64,000 nucleotides of DNA from assembly GCA_050260455.1 (NCBI GenBank), contig JBLNCF010000010.1, positions 37,653-101,652 of the forward strand. The letters run 5' to 3'. Both the position numbers and the translations under genes were made by a program. Positions 19,628 to 29,983 of this stretch are shown piece after piece. How positions within the stretch are numbered: the first letter of the stretch is position 1; each line of letters opens with the position of its first letter. The stretch is from Bacillota bacterium (GTDB lineage: Bacteria; Patescibacteriota; Minisyncoccia; Phycocordibacterales; Phycocordibacteraceae). A model generated the notes under the pieces. It saw only the letters and a program-made list of their open reading frames with translations, was not told the origin of the DNA and made no database searches.

Positions 19628-20131
19628 ATGCGTCACATCGCGATACTGTTTGCGGCTCTGGTTTGCGCCTGCGTCACCACCTCGGCTCGTGCCGAGGAAG
19701 CATGGTCGGTGCAGAAATGCACGGACGAATTAACTGCTACCTATGGGCCACCTGAGCAGGTCGCGATCGATTCCATTGCCACCTACGATGGCTGGGATTA
19801 CCGCTTCTTCTCGGGTATGAGTTACGACTATATCTGCCATCAGGCTGAGCTTCACCGCACCGAGCGCGCTGAATTCACCAAACGGCTACAAGCTGAGCAG
19901 GATCTCTCTTCCACCAAGGACGGGACGATTATCCAACTCAAAGACGAGCTCACCGAGAAGAAGAAGTATATTAGCTACCTTGAACGAGCCGAATCACTCT
20001 CGATACTGGGCGGATTGATGGGATCACTCATCATACTTCTTGGGGGCGGATACCTGGCACTCCGTATCATGATGGCTATCTACCGCATCTTCGTCCCCCG
20101 CAAACATGGGAGACTCTGCCGAGGGAAATAA
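19628..20131 (+). CDS. Orphan: signal peptide, coiled coil, C-terminal TM helix
   Basis: ARA cleavage site; GGGGGG RBS; TATAAT at 19567; leader hairpin. Confidence 0.65.
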   Translation: MRHIAILFAALVCACVTTSARAEEAWSVQKCTDELTATYGPPEQVAIDSIATYDGWDYRFFSGMSYDYICHQAELHRTERAEFTKRLQAEQDLSSTKDGTIIQLKDELTEKKKYISYLERAESLSILGGLMGSLIILLGGGYLALRIMMAIYRIFVPRKHGRLCRGK

Positions 20132-20199
20132 CTGCACCCTCGACTACAAACGAAAGAGGCGCGCCCTACCGGACGCGCCTCTTCTTGTTTTCCGTAAGA

Positions 20200-20625
20200 T
20201 TATTCCGCGACGACTTCGACGATAATCTTGCCGAAATCCTCCCCTACCGCTACCGGCACTTCAAATGTACCGAGTTCTTTAATGGACTTCTCAAGACGAA
20301 CCGCGTCCTCGGGAAGCTGAGCTGCGGAAGCGATTTCTGCTGCATCGACACCATCATAGAGATGACCCTGCTCGTTCGCCTTTTTTGTAATGGTCACCTT
20401 CTCTTCAGCCAGAGCGGCAAGGCGCTCGGAGACAAGCTTTGCATCAAGCCCACGACGCTCTGCCATTTGCTTCTGCTTCCCTTCAGCAAGCTTCAGGTTA
20501 GCGGCAGTCGCCGGAACGGCGAGCTTACGAGGAATAAGGAAATTGATGGCGTGACCATCGGAGACTTCAATCACCGAGTGTGCACGGCCGGTATCACGGA
20601 TATCTTTCAGAAGTACGACTTTCAT
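20200..20625 (-). CDS. rplI: 50S ribosomal protein L9
   Basis: MKVVLLKDI...VSDGHAINFLIPRKLA...GHLYDGV. Confidence 0.95.
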   Translation of the reverse strand: MKVVLLKDIRDTGRAHSVIEVSDGHAINFLIPRKLAVPATAANLKLAEGKQKQMAERRGLDAKLVSERLAALAEEKVTITKKANEQGHLYDGVDAAEIASAAQLPEDAVRLEKSIKELGTFEVPVAVGEDFGKIIVEVVAE

Positions 20626-20724
20626 AGTTCAAGCATCGTACCTCTCGCGTCATTTTGAGGCAAATTGACAGCCTCACTCGGTGCTGGTTACATGCGGACA
20701 GGTCTCTTAGGGAGAAATAGAGAT

Positions 20725-21381
20725 ATGGCACTTTCCCATCATGTTGAGCAACGCGTGACCACGAGCGCGCAGTCCGCCATCGCCCGCATTACCGCTCTGT
20801 CCACCGAGAGAATTCGAGCTTCCCGGCGCGAAAGCCGGCGTGCACGGGCTCACCGCGAAGCTGAAGAAGGGCGCAGGGCCCGAGAGCAAGCCGCGGCGGC
20901 TCTCGAACTACGCAAGCGAATCGAACGGGCGGTCGGTGGGGTGAAGCATCTTCTCGCTTTGGCCGATCGTCCTGAAATCTACAAGCTGCTGAAGGTCGGC
21001 GCGTCAACGGTATCATCCGATCAATTCGGTTTGCCTAGTAACGGCTTCCTTTATTACTCAGCCCTAGATGAGCAGGAATGGGTTGCCATCGTTCTCTATC
21101 GGCGGAGAGTAGTTGTTATCTATGGTGGTCCAGACGCACAGTACGAAGGACACCTTGAATTTGCCGCGTCCGATTCGAAGCAGGCTGTACGCGAGAAACT
21201 CGCTTCGATCGCATCGAACACCAAATACCTGCCGTTCGAAGTCGCGAGACTATTCGACCGGCCGGGCGACAACGGCGAGCTTCCTGTAATTGCATTCCAA
21301 GTACTTGTGGAAGCGAATAGTCAGAACAGTCTTCTGCGGTACTTCAAGGACGCGATTGGCTATATTTCCACTCCTCACTAG
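20725..21381 (+). CDS. Orphan protein (SD-led cassette)
   Basis: SD AGGGAGAAAT; TTGACA at 20665; terminator near 21404-21435. Confidence 0.65.
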   Translation: MALSHHVEQRVTTSAQSAIARITALSTERIRASRRESRRARAHREAEEGRRAREQAAAALELRKRIERAVGGVKHLLALADRPEIYKLLKVGASTVSSDQFGLPSNGFLYYSALDEQEWVAIVLYRRRVVVIYGGPDAQYEGHLEFAASDSKQAVREKLASIASNTKYLPFEVARLFDRPGDNGELPVIAFQVLVEANSQNSLLRYFKDAIGYISTPH

Positions 21382-21439
21382 TTCTGTCCTCAGCATGTTT
21401 TAGAAAAGGGTCTGTCCTCTTTGGACAGACCCTTTGTCG

Positions 21440-22717
21440 TTATTTTCCTGTCGTCAGGAACTGTATCGCGCGATCCTTCTGCGGATCACGATCGGCAGCC
21501 GCATCATCCTGAGTGCGGTCAACTTTGATATCCGGTGTGAGACCACCATCAGAGATGGAGCGGCCTGCAGGAGTAAGCCAACGCGCAACGGTGATCTTGA
21601 GCGAGCCACCATCAACATCGATGAGCTCCTGCACCGAACCCTTGCCGAATGAGCGTGTACCAATGAGCGTCGCCGCATGTTCATCCTGGAGTGCTCCGGC
21701 AAGAATTTCTGATGCCGATGCAGAGCCCTGATCGATAAGGACTGCAATCTTCGTACCTGCCGGCAGACCACCCTGCCCCGGACTCTTATGCACGATATTG
21801 TCCTGCTTACCCTCGTAGTCTTCTGTCACCACGACCTGACCCTTTGGAAGGAAGAAGCCAGCGATATAGGTTGCCTGATCGAGGTAGCCACCCGGATCAC
21901 CACGAAGATCAACAATGAGCTTGGTTGCTCCGCTCGCACGGAACGCATTGAAAGCTTTCCTGAACTGTGCGCCGCTAGTTTCCGTGAACTGATAGAGCGC
22001 AATGTAGTACACGCCAGTCTTTGCGTCATAGGAGTTCTCGATAGTGGGAACTTCAATCGTGTCACGCGTCACGGAGATTTCCTGCGTTTTCTTGTCGCGG
22101 CCGATGGTGAATGTCACGGTTGTACCCTTCGGCCCACGAATGCGCTTCACCGCCTCATCAGTAGAAAGGCCGTCGGTCGATTTACCGTCGATAGCAAGGA
22201 TGAGATCTCCTGCCCGAATGCCAGCCCGTTCTGCAGGCGTACCCTTCAAAGGTGCAATGACGGTAAGAACGTCGTCGTCGCTAATACCTATCTCCATGCC
22301 AACTCCGCTGAAGTTACCCGTGATGTCCTCCTGGAATGCCTTTGCTTCCTGCGGCGGGAAGAACACCGTGTACGGGTCACCATAGGATGCGGTGAGACCT
22401 TGGATCGCTCCCCATAGCTTTCCCTTCGTATCTGGAATGGTGCTCGACGCATGCGTTTGAACGAACTGGTTATTGAGTACGTTCCATACCTTCCAGAAAT
22501 CGGAAAGATCCGCGTCTGCAGGAGTAGGGTCAAGTCCGTCACCAATCAAGGGAACATGTGCGAAGACTTTGGCGCCGCCAGCGGCACTCACCGTGTAGCC
22601 ACCCAGAAATCCGACCACCAGGACGAAAGCAAACGCGACCGCAAGCTTCGCACTTCGTCCGAACGCAAGTTTGCGCAGCGGGTAGTCAGGCATGTTGTTG
22701 CGCTCGTCGTGCTCCAT
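21440..22717 (-). CDS. C-terminal processing peptidase S41 (CtpA/Prc) with PDZ domain
   Basis: DPYT, GVGMEI, DLRGDPGG, SASASEI, GKGSVQ. Confidence 0.93.
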   Translation of the reverse strand: MEHDERNNMPDYPLRKLAFGRSAKLAVAFAFVLVVGFLGGYTVSAAGGAKVFAHVPLIGDGLDPTPADADLSDFWKVWNVLNNQFVQTHASSTIPDTKGKLWGAIQGLTASYGDPYTVFFPPQEAKAFQEDITGNFSGVGMEIGISDDDVLTVIAPLKGTPAERAGIRAGDLILAIDGKSTDGLSTDEAVKRIRGPKGTTVTFTIGRDKKTQEISVTRDTIEVPTIENSYDAKTGVYYIALYQFTETSGAQFRKAFNAFRASGATKLIVDLRGDPGGYLDQATYIAGFFLPKGQVVVTEDYEGKQDNIVHKSPGQGGLPAGTKIAVLIDQGSASASEILAGALQDEHAATLIGTRSFGKGSVQELIDVDGGSLKITVARWLTPAGRSISDGGLTPDIKVDRTQDDAAADRDPQKDRAIQFLTTGK

Positions 22718-22804
22718 AGTCGCACCAGTATATCACGCAGGTTCTATCCACTTATTTGCGCTTCATGCGCAACGATGACGCACATTCATTTGTATACTGA
22801 ACGC

Positions 22805-23722
22805 ATGATCACTCGGCACCTTCGTGGCAAAGTCACCTGGATCGATCTCGAGAATCCTTCTCATCAGGAACTCGACGGGGTCATGCGCGAGTTTGGTGTC
22901 GATGAGAGCATTGAAGAAGAGATCATCGCTCCTACTCCCTACCCCATCACTATTTCGTTCCCGAAGTACCAGTACCTCATCCTCCACTTCCCTACCACCT
23001 CGCCTGAAACCGGCGCCCGGGCGCAGGAAATCGATTTCATTGTAGGCAAGAACTTCATCATCACGGTTAGATACGAAGTTATCGAGACCCTCCATAACCT
23101 CCATCGCGTGTTTGAGGCCGAGGAGCTTCTTGGTCTTCCCCATCGGGCTGTTCGTGCCGACGAATTACTTGAGCGCATCATGCGTCGTTTGTATGGCGCC
23201 ATTCGAGAAGATATGGAACACGCTGCGCGCATCATGGAGCGTATTGAGCATGACATGTTCAATGGACGTGAGCGCACGGTCGTGCGTGAGATATCTGATA
23301 TCGGCCGTGTCCTCCTCCGGTTCGAGACCACCCTCGTTCGCCATGAAGAGCCGCTCTCGTCATTCCTTACGAATCTTTCGCAATCGGCTTTCTTCGGAAA
23401 GAATTTCAAGGAAGCAGCCTCCCACATTGAGGCAGAGCGCGAGCATGTGGCAGTGATCGTCGCTTCCTACCGAGCCGCTGCCACCGAACTACGTTCCACC
23501 AACGACTCCATACTTTCGGCGGCACAAAACGAGGTTATGAAGACGCTCACTATCATGGCGTTCGTCACCTTCCCGCTGACCCTTTTGAGCAGTATCTTCG
23601 GTATGAATACCCATTATCTTCCTATTGTGGGCGCTCCCGGCGACTTCTGGGTGATCATTGCGCTCATGGTCTCGGTTGCGGCCGCCCTCTTCCTCTTCTT
23701 CCGTTACAAGAAATGGCTGTAG
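22805..23722 (+). CDS. corA: CorA family divalent cation transporter
   Basis: WIDLENP, MKTLT, FGMN motif, two C-terminal TM helices. Confidence 0.9.
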   Translation: MITRHLRGKVTWIDLENPSHQELDGVMREFGVDESIEEEIIAPTPYPITISFPKYQYLILHFPTTSPETGARAQEIDFIVGKNFIITVRYEVIETLHNLHRVFEAEELLGLPHRAVRADELLERIMRRLYGAIREDMEHAARIMERIEHDMFNGRERTVVREISDIGRVLLRFETTLVRHEEPLSSFLTNLSQSAFFGKNFKEAASHIEAEREHVAVIVASYRAAATELRSTNDSILSAAQNEVMKTLTIMAFVTFPLTLLSSIFGMNTHYLPIVGAPGDFWVIIALMVSVAAALFLFFRYKKWL

Positions 23723-23737
23723 TACAGTAATCGGCAT

Positions 23738-25183
23738 ATGTGGCCGTTCCGCAAAACGACATCGGCAGCGAGCGCAGCACCGATTTTCTTCACCAATACC
23801 CTTACGGATAAGAAGGAATTGTTTGCGCCCCATAAGCCGGGAGTCGTATCCATGTATTCCTGCGGCCCCACCGTCTATGGCCCCCAGCACATCGGGAATC
23901 TCCGTGCTGCTCTCTTTGCTGACACGGTGGCGCGTGTACTCATTGCTGCTGGCTATCATGTCCGGCGTGTCATTAACATCACTGATGTCGGCCACTTGGT
24001 TGGCGACTCTGACGAAGGAGCCGAGGACAAGATGGCGGTAGGAGCTACCCGAGAACATACGACACCGGAGGTGATCGCGGAACGCTATACGAAGCAATAC
24101 CTCACTGACATACAGGCACTTAACATCGACACTGCGCACATACTTTTCCCGCGCGCCACCGAATACATCACCGAGCAGATCGCGATGGTGAAAGCACTCG
24201 AGGAGAAGGGATATGCCTACCGAGCCGATGATGGGGTTTATTTCGATACCTCTCGCTTCCCCGACTATGGCAAGTTAGGCGGCGTGGCTGAAGTGAAGCT
24301 CATGGGCGGTGCTCGCGTGAAAATGGAAGGGGGAAAGCGTAACCTTCATGACTTCGCACTGTGGCGCAAAGCGAAGCCCGGCGACCTCCAGCAGTGGCAG
24401 TCTCCCTGGGGACCGGGTAATCCTGGATGGCATATCGAATGTTCCGCTATGATCCGCACCCTTCTTGGCCCGGAGATCGATATTCATACCGGCGGCATGG
24501 ATCACATCCCGGTCCATCACAACAACGAGATCGCACAGTCAGAAGCAGCAAATGGTAAACCGCTTGCACGCTACTGGCTCCATGAGGCATTCATCACCAT
24601 CGATGGCGAGAAGATATCCAAGTCGCTTCAGAATGAAGTGCTCCTCTCTGACATCGTTGAACGTGGCTATCATCCTCTCTCGCTCCGCTACTTCTATTAC
24701 CAAGCGAACTTCCGTACACCCATTACCTTCACCTGGGAGGCAATCGCAGGTGCTCATGAAGCTCTGATGCGTCTCTGGCGATTGGCCTCCGAGGTTATTG
24801 AGGAATCAAAAGGGAAAACCGCCTCATCGGATGCAGAGCGCCGCATGATCGCTATCCTGCGAGACGATCTCGCGACCCCTGCGGCCATAGCTCTTCTTTG
24901 GGAAACGCTTCGGGACGAGGATCTCTCATTTTCCCAGAAGCATGGCGTGCTCACAGCAGCAGATGCAGTGCTCGGTCTTTCGCTTCTCACCCCACCCGCC
25001 ATACAAGGTCCCGTAGCTACCGAAGACCTGCCTACAGAGATCCAGGAGCTTATTCTGCGCCGTGATGAGGCACGTGCCGCACGCGAATACGCAGCTGCTG
25101 ACGAATTACGCAACGAGCTCGAATTCCGGGGATATCGTGTGGACGACGGGCCTCACGGGACGGTAGTCACGCCCCTCCCCTAG
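23738..25183 (+). CDS. cysS: Cysteine--tRNA ligase
   Basis: CGPTVY, HIGN, PGWHIECS, KISKS. Confidence 0.96.
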   Translation: MWPFRKTTSAASAAPIFFTNTLTDKKELFAPHKPGVVSMYSCGPTVYGPQHIGNLRAALFADTVARVLIAAGYHVRRVINITDVGHLVGDSDEGAEDKMAVGATREHTTPEVIAERYTKQYLTDIQALNIDTAHILFPRATEYITEQIAMVKALEEKGYAYRADDGVYFDTSRFPDYGKLGGVAEVKLMGGARVKMEGGKRNLHDFALWRKAKPGDLQQWQSPWGPGNPGWHIECSAMIRTLLGPEIDIHTGGMDHIPVHHNNEIAQSEAANGKPLARYWLHEAFITIDGEKISKSLQNEVLLSDIVERGYHPLSLRYFYYQANFRTPITFTWEAIAGAHEALMRLWRLASEVIEESKGKTASSDAERRMIAILRDDLATPAAIALLWETLRDEDLSFSQKHGVLTAADAVLGLSLLTPPAIQGPVATEDLPTEIQELILRRDEARAAREYAAADELRNELEFRGYRVDDGPHGTVVTPLP

Positions 25184-25200
25184 TTGGTACAATTGGCCTT

Positions 25201-26562
25201 ATGGCCGACTCCATAGATCGCGTACCGCCGCAGAGCCTCGAATCCGAGCGCGCTCTTCTCGGCGCCCTCCTCCTCAAACCAGAAGCGATTCACGATGTCG
25301 CTGACACCATTAAGCCCGAATCGTTTTATGCAGAGAAGCACCGCATCATCTACGAAGGTATGCGTGAGCTCTCGGATCGCGGCGAACCTATCGATATCCT
25401 TACCCTTTCGGAACGTCTGACCGCCAACGGTACCTTGGAGCGCATCGGCGGTCGCGCATACATCGCCGAACTCGCTGGCTCGGCACCGGCACCGGGTAAC
25501 TACGCCCACTACGCTGACCTGGTCGCGCGCAAACATATCATGCGGGCACTCATTGATGCGTCATATGACATTACCGAGTCTGCATACGACGAATCGAATG
25601 ACGTCACGCATCTTTTGGACGAAGCTGAAAAGAAGATCATGGCGATCGGAAACGCATCGGCCTCGCACAAGTTCCAGCCGCTCAAAGATGCGTTCGGTGA
25701 TGTAGTGGACTTCATCGACTCCCTATCGAATAAGGAGGATGCGACCCGCGGAGTGCCCACCGGTTTTAAAGAGCTCGACAATCTCCTGTCTGGCCTCCAC
25801 CCGTCAGATCTCATCATTCTCGCCGCTCGCCCGTCGGTCGGTAAGACATCCCTTGCGCTTAACATCGCCCGGCATGCGGCGGTAGATAAGGGCATCCCGG
25901 TCGGTATCTTCTCGCTCGAAATGAGCGCCGAGCAGCTGCGCGACCGTCTCCTCTCTTCCGAGGCAGGTATCGATTCTTGGAACCTACGTACCAAGCGCAT
26001 CAAGGATTCCGATGATTACAGCCGTATTCGTGATGCAGTGGATCGTCTCTCCAAGGCTCCTATCTATATCGATGACAAGCCGGCCAATAACATCCTTTCC
26101 ATGCGCGCAGTCGCACGCCGTTTGAAACGTGAAGCAGGAGTTGGTCTCATTATCGTCGACTACCTCCAGCTCATGGCTCCGACGAATACAAAGGCATCAG
26201 ACTCCATGGTGCAACAGGTTACCGAGATCTCTCGCTCATTGAAATCGCTTGCGCGCGAACTTGATGTCCCCGTGCTCGCCCTCTCGCAGCTCTCGCGCGC
26301 CGTCGAACAACGTGGCGGTAAGCCTCGTCTCTCTGACCTTCGTGACTCGGGCTCCATCGAGCAGGACGCGGACGTAGTGATGTTCATCCACCGCGACGAT
26401 AAGGCAGCGGAGAACGGCCAGCCCAACATCACGGAGATCCTTATCGAGAAGCATCGTAATGGTCCTACCGGCAAGGCCACGCTCTTCTTCCAGAAGAATC
26501 AGACCGCCTTCCAGTCGATGGATACGTCAGGCTATGGCGATCTTGCCGAGGAGTTCGTATGA
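25201..26562 (+). CDS. dnaB: Replicative DNA helicase
   Basis: AARPSVGKT, DYLQLM, SQLSR, DLRDSGSIEQDAD; no intein. Confidence 0.97.
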   Translation: MADSIDRVPPQSLESERALLGALLLKPEAIHDVADTIKPESFYAEKHRIIYEGMRELSDRGEPIDILTLSERLTANGTLERIGGRAYIAELAGSAPAPGNYAHYADLVARKHIMRALIDASYDITESAYDESNDVTHLLDEAEKKIMAIGNASASHKFQPLKDAFGDVVDFIDSLSNKEDATRGVPTGFKELDNLLSGLHPSDLIILAARPSVGKTSLALNIARHAAVDKGIPVGIFSLEMSAEQLRDRLLSSEAGIDSWNLRTKRIKDSDDYSRIRDAVDRLSKAPIYIDDKPANNILSMRAVARRLKREAGVGLIIVDYLQLMAPTNTKASDSMVQQVTEISRSLKSLARELDVPVLALSQLSRAVEQRGGKPRLSDLRDSGSIEQDADVVMFIHRDDKAAENGQPNITEILIEKHRNGPTGKATLFFQKNQTAFQSMDTSGYGDLAEEFV

Positions 26563-26810
26563 AGCGAGCGGTAATCGAGTGGCTGGGGTGGTACGGCGTG
26601 GTGGCCACCATTCTTGCGTATGCTCTCCTTAGCTTCGGTGCATTAAGTGGCACGAGTCTCTGGTATCAGGGCCTTAACTTCACCGGCGCAGTCGGTGTCA
26701 CGATTGAGACCTGGGTACGCCGTGACTACCAGCCCTTCTGGCTGAATCTAGTATGGGCAGCTATCGCACTTATTGCGATCGCAAACATACTGCTCCACCT
26801 TTCCGTATGA
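26559..26810 (+). CDS. Small membrane protein (CBU_0592-like)
   Basis: GWYG...YQGLNFTGA...LNLVW; three TM helices. Confidence 0.7.
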   Translation: MKRAVIEWLGWYGVVATILAYALLSFGALSGTSLWYQGLNFTGAVGVTIETWVRRDYQPFWLNLVWAAIALIAIANILLHLSV

Positions 26811-27412
26811 ACGATCGCATTGAGGAGCTCACGCGCGCCTTCGAGCGTTTTCCAGGAATTGGCCCGCGCCAGGCCCGTCGCTTTGTGTACTACCTTCTTG
26901 CCGTGCCACCCGCAGAACGTTCGCGCCTTTCGGATCTCATCGTGAAGCTGGGCAACGATATCCGCCAGTGTTCCCTCTGCATGCGCTTTGCACCCACCAA
27001 CAGTGATGGGTTGTGTAATTACTGCGCTGATCCCTCACGTGACGATAGCCTTCTCATGCTGGTGGAGAAAGATCAGGACTTGGCTGCGGTAGAACGTGCA
27101 AACGCCTACAAGGGCCGCTACTTCGTGCTCGGCGGTGTACTCACTCTCACCGGCAAGGGTGCCATCCGTGAACGAGATCTTGTGCGAGTGGTTGAAGCGC
27201 GTGCCAAGCAAGGACTCTCTGAAATCGTGCTCGCACTCTCGGCGACAAACGAAGGAGAGCACACGGCGGACCGGGTGCGAGAGCTTCTGCGTCCACTCCG
27301 TGGCGCCTTGCGAATCACCCAGCTTGGTCGTGGACTTGCGACTGGTTCCGAGCTTGAATATTCGGATCCGCAGACACTCTCGAGCGCGCTTCAGAATCGT
27401 AAAGAAACATAA
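26807..27412 (+). CDS. recR: Recombination mediator RecR
   Basis: FPGIGPRQA, CxxC...CxxC, YFVLGG, TNEGEHTA, LEYSD. Confidence 0.93.
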   Translation: MNDRIEELTRAFERFPGIGPRQARRFVYYLLAVPPAERSRLSDLIVKLGNDIRQCSLCMRFAPTNSDGLCNYCADPSRDDSLLMLVEKDQDLAAVERANAYKGRYFVLGGVLTLTGKGAIRERDLVRVVEARAKQGLSEIVLALSATNEGEHTADRVRELLRPLRGALRITQLGRGLATGSELEYSDPQTLSSALQNRKET

Positions 27413-27414
27413 GT

Positions 27415-27567
27415 ATGGCTATCAAACCCACCTGCGATGCGTGCAAGAAGGAATTGAAAGAATTCGGTGGCATTCTGCTTTCCCCTCCTGATAAGACTGG
27501 CAAGGTTCGGAAATTCCACCTGTGTGTTCCGTGCTACACACACATCGCCAAGGAAATAAGGAAATGA
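27415..27567 (+). CDS. 50-aa zinc-ribbon protein (below ORF-track cutoff)
   Basis: Manual translation MAIKPTCDACKKELKEFGGILLSPP...FHLCVPCY...IRK. Confidence 0.7.
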   Translation: MAIKPTCDACKKELKEFGGILLSPPDKTGKVRKFHLCVPCYTHIAKEIRK

Positions 27568-27605
27568 AAGCACCCGGGACCTTCGTCCCGGGCTTCCATG
27601 TGGAA

Positions 27606-27857
27606 TTAGTGGTGTGCCTTGCTCCATCCCGCTTGCTGCAGGTCGTCGGCTGTCACGTCCTGCGGCAGGCGGAATTCGATGACGTTGTTCGTCGTATCGA
27701 CCGTTTCAATCTGTAGCCAGATCACCTTCCCTTTCAAGTCGAAGCGGAGCTGTTGCCGCGGCACTGGCACGCTAAGCCGCTTGGTCTTGGTTTCGTAGAT
27801 GTCATAGCCGTGCGAGTGCGGGACGCGAGCACGGCAGTCAAATACCTTCACGCGCAT
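27606..27857 (-). CDS. Orphan small protein (SD-led cassette)
   Basis: TTGACA-16-TAGCCT; SD GGGAGGGTC; hairpin near 27574-27593. Confidence 0.65.
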   Translation of the reverse strand: MRVKVFDCRARVPHSHGYDIYETKTKRLSVPVPRQQLRFDLKGKVIWLQIETVDTTNNVIEFRLPQDVTADDLQQAGWSKAHH

Positions 27858-27940
27858 GCGACCCTCCCGTTGTGGCCCCGGGTAGAGGCTACGCTTCCTA
27901 CCAGGAATGTCAAAACCCGCCGGAGGGCGGGTTTTGGAGC

Positions 27941-28273
27941 TTAGGCGATCTTGTCGATCTTGACCTTTACGTACGGCTGGCGATGTCCGCGACGCTTCAA
28001 GTAGTTGCTCTTGGCCTTGTACTTCACCACCTCCACCTTCTGGGCACGGCCGACCGAGTAGACGGTGGCGGTCACCTTAGCACCCTTCACGAGCGGAGTG
28101 CCGATGTTAGTGGTCGAGCCATCGTCCGTGAGGAGTACCTCCTCAAACGTAACCGCATCGCCCTTCTTAAGGTCTTTAGTAGCAGCACCGCGGCCAAGCT
28201 TCTCGATGGTAACGAGATCGCCCGGAGCGACCACGTACTGCTTCCCGCCGGTCTTTATGACGGCATATTCCAT
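27941..28273 (-). CDS. rplU: 50S ribosomal protein L21
   Basis: YAVIKTGGKQY...GHRQPY. Confidence 0.97.
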   Translation of the reverse strand: MEYAVIKTGGKQYVVAPGDLVTIEKLGRGAATKDLKKGDAVTFEEVLLTDDGSTTNIGTPLVKGAKVTATVYSVGRAQKVEVVKYKAKSNYLKRRGHRQPYVKVKIDKIA

Positions 28274-28368
28274 ATAGGCCATATAGTACGGGTTTAGGCC
28301 CTAAAAAGCAAGCGGGCCGCTCGGAATGATCCGGGCGGCCCAATGAGACTGCTGGCCCAAGGTTTGAC

Positions 28369-28827
28369 CTAGGCTTTCCGAGACGCCCAGGGCGGCAGGA
28401 ATAGATCCGCGACGATGAGCGCTATGCTCCCCAGGAATAGGGGCCAAAGAAGCGTGTCGTCCACGGTTCCCGTACTGGTGGGTTCGGCTATAAAGGAGAC
28501 GTTGTACCCCGCCACGACGAGAGCGACTATTATCCCAGCCAGGACCAACGAGAGACCTCGTCTGGGTCGTCCATCAAACGCCAGGACAGCTCCGTAGCCA
28601 ATCCCAGCAAGCAGCCAGGCCAGCGCCATGAGGCCGCCGAAGATCATAAGAACGGACTGACCCACAGTTAGAGGACCGTCCACCCCGAGTTCCGACCCTC
28701 CTGCGGAGGTGCTGGCGTTGACGACAGAGTGCCCCAGACCTGTTACCAGAAAGATGATCAAACTGATCGAGATGGCTAAACCACCTAGGCGGCGGATGTA
28801 CTCGGACATGCGCGTGATGATACTCAC
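28369..28827 (-). CDS. Orphan four-TM membrane protein (SD-led cassette)
   Basis: SD GGGAGGGT before GTG; -10 TGCTATAAC; hairpin near 28314-28340. Confidence 0.65.
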   Translation of the reverse strand: MSIITRMSEYIRRLGGLAISISLIIFLVTGLGHSVVNASTSAGGSELGVDGPLTVGQSVLMIFGGLMALAWLLAGIGYGAVLAFDGRPRRGLSLVLAGIIVALVVAGYNVSFIAEPTSTGTVDDTLLWPLFLGSIALIVADLFLPPWASRKA

Positions 28828-28890
28828 GATACCCTCCCAGGGTTGTGGATTCCTGACGGGTTATAGCACGCCCTCCGCCAGAACGGAATC

Positions 28891-29937
28891 TTATTCGATT
28901 TCAAGCGTACCTGGTTTCTCCAGAAGCTCTTGCTCGATACCAATGCGGGATTCCGCGATGCGGTAGACATCCTTATCAATCTTCCCCAGCTCCTTATAGC
29001 CGCTGTTGTAGTGAGAGACTGCCGTTCCAAGCGCTGTACCGAGCTTGCGGTAGTACTCCTCATAACTACCGAGATGCTTCCCGAGCTCCCCTACTCGCTT
29101 CTGGATCTCTTCAGCGCGCTGTTCTATTTGAAGTGCCTTTAAGCCTTGAAGGACCGTTTGGAGATATGCGAGGAAAGAGGTTGGTGAAACGATGATCACT
29201 TTGTGCTTACTTGCTGCACGTTGAATAAGGTTGTCGTCCTCTCCGGCACCCACCTGGTTGGTAAGCAGGTCGTAGTAGATACCCTCCGAAGGAATGAACA
29301 TGAATGCGAAATCCATGGTGCCCTCCTCCGGTCGGATGTACTTGGCAGTTTCCTGGATGCGGAGTTTCAAATCGTTCACAAATGTCTTCTCGTATGCAGC
29401 ACGTTCGGACGGATCGCATTCCATGAGCCGGTTGTAGTTCTCAAGTGAGAACTTCGAGTCCACCGGTACGATCTTGTCGTTCACAAACACCACAGCATCT
29501 ACAATTTCACCGTTCTTAAACGGATACTGCATCTGATACATGCCGGGTGGCAACACATTCTTGAGCACGGTCTCCAAATAGTATTCGCCGAGGATGCCGC
29601 GCTGCTTCGGATTCTTCAGAATGTCCTGAAGGCTCTTCAACTGTTCTGCAAACTTACTGGTCTCGCGGCCAATCTCTTTCACCGAGGTAATCTCTTCGGT
29701 GATTTCCTTGATGAGGCGAGAGGATTCTCCGAGCTGGGTGCGTACCGTCTCATGCATCTGACGCGATGATTCCGACATGCGAGAATCGAGGGCGCGCTCA
29801 AGGCCTTCCAGGCGCTGCATCAGAAGCGGTGCAGAATCATCCTTTGCGTTCTCCCTGCGTCGCATCATGAGGTATAGCCCAATCCCCTGCATAAGGATGA
29901 GGAACCCTACAACAAAAGCCAGAAGCGCTATTTCCAT
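28891..29937 (-). CDS. rmuC: DNA recombination protein RmuC
   Basis: RGILGE, VDSKF, FMFIPSE, VSPT. Confidence 0.92.
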   Translation of the reverse strand: MEIALLAFVVGFLILMQGIGLYLMMRRRENAKDDSAPLLMQRLEGLERALDSRMSESSRQMHETVRTQLGESSRLIKEITEEITSVKEIGRETSKFAEQLKSLQDILKNPKQRGILGEYYLETVLKNVLPPGMYQMQYPFKNGEIVDAVVFVNDKIVPVDSKFSLENYNRLMECDPSERAAYEKTFVNDLKLRIQETAKYIRPEEGTMDFAFMFIPSEGIYYDLLTNQVGAGEDDNLIQRAASKHKVIIVSPTSFLAYLQTVLQGLKALQIEQRAEEIQKRVGELGKHLGSYEEYYRKLGTALGTAVSHYNSGYKELGKIDKDVYRIAESRIGIEQELLEKPGTLEIE

Positions 29938-29983
29938 AGGGTCAGTATACCGCGAGCCCTGGGCACGGTGATATAGTGGATTC

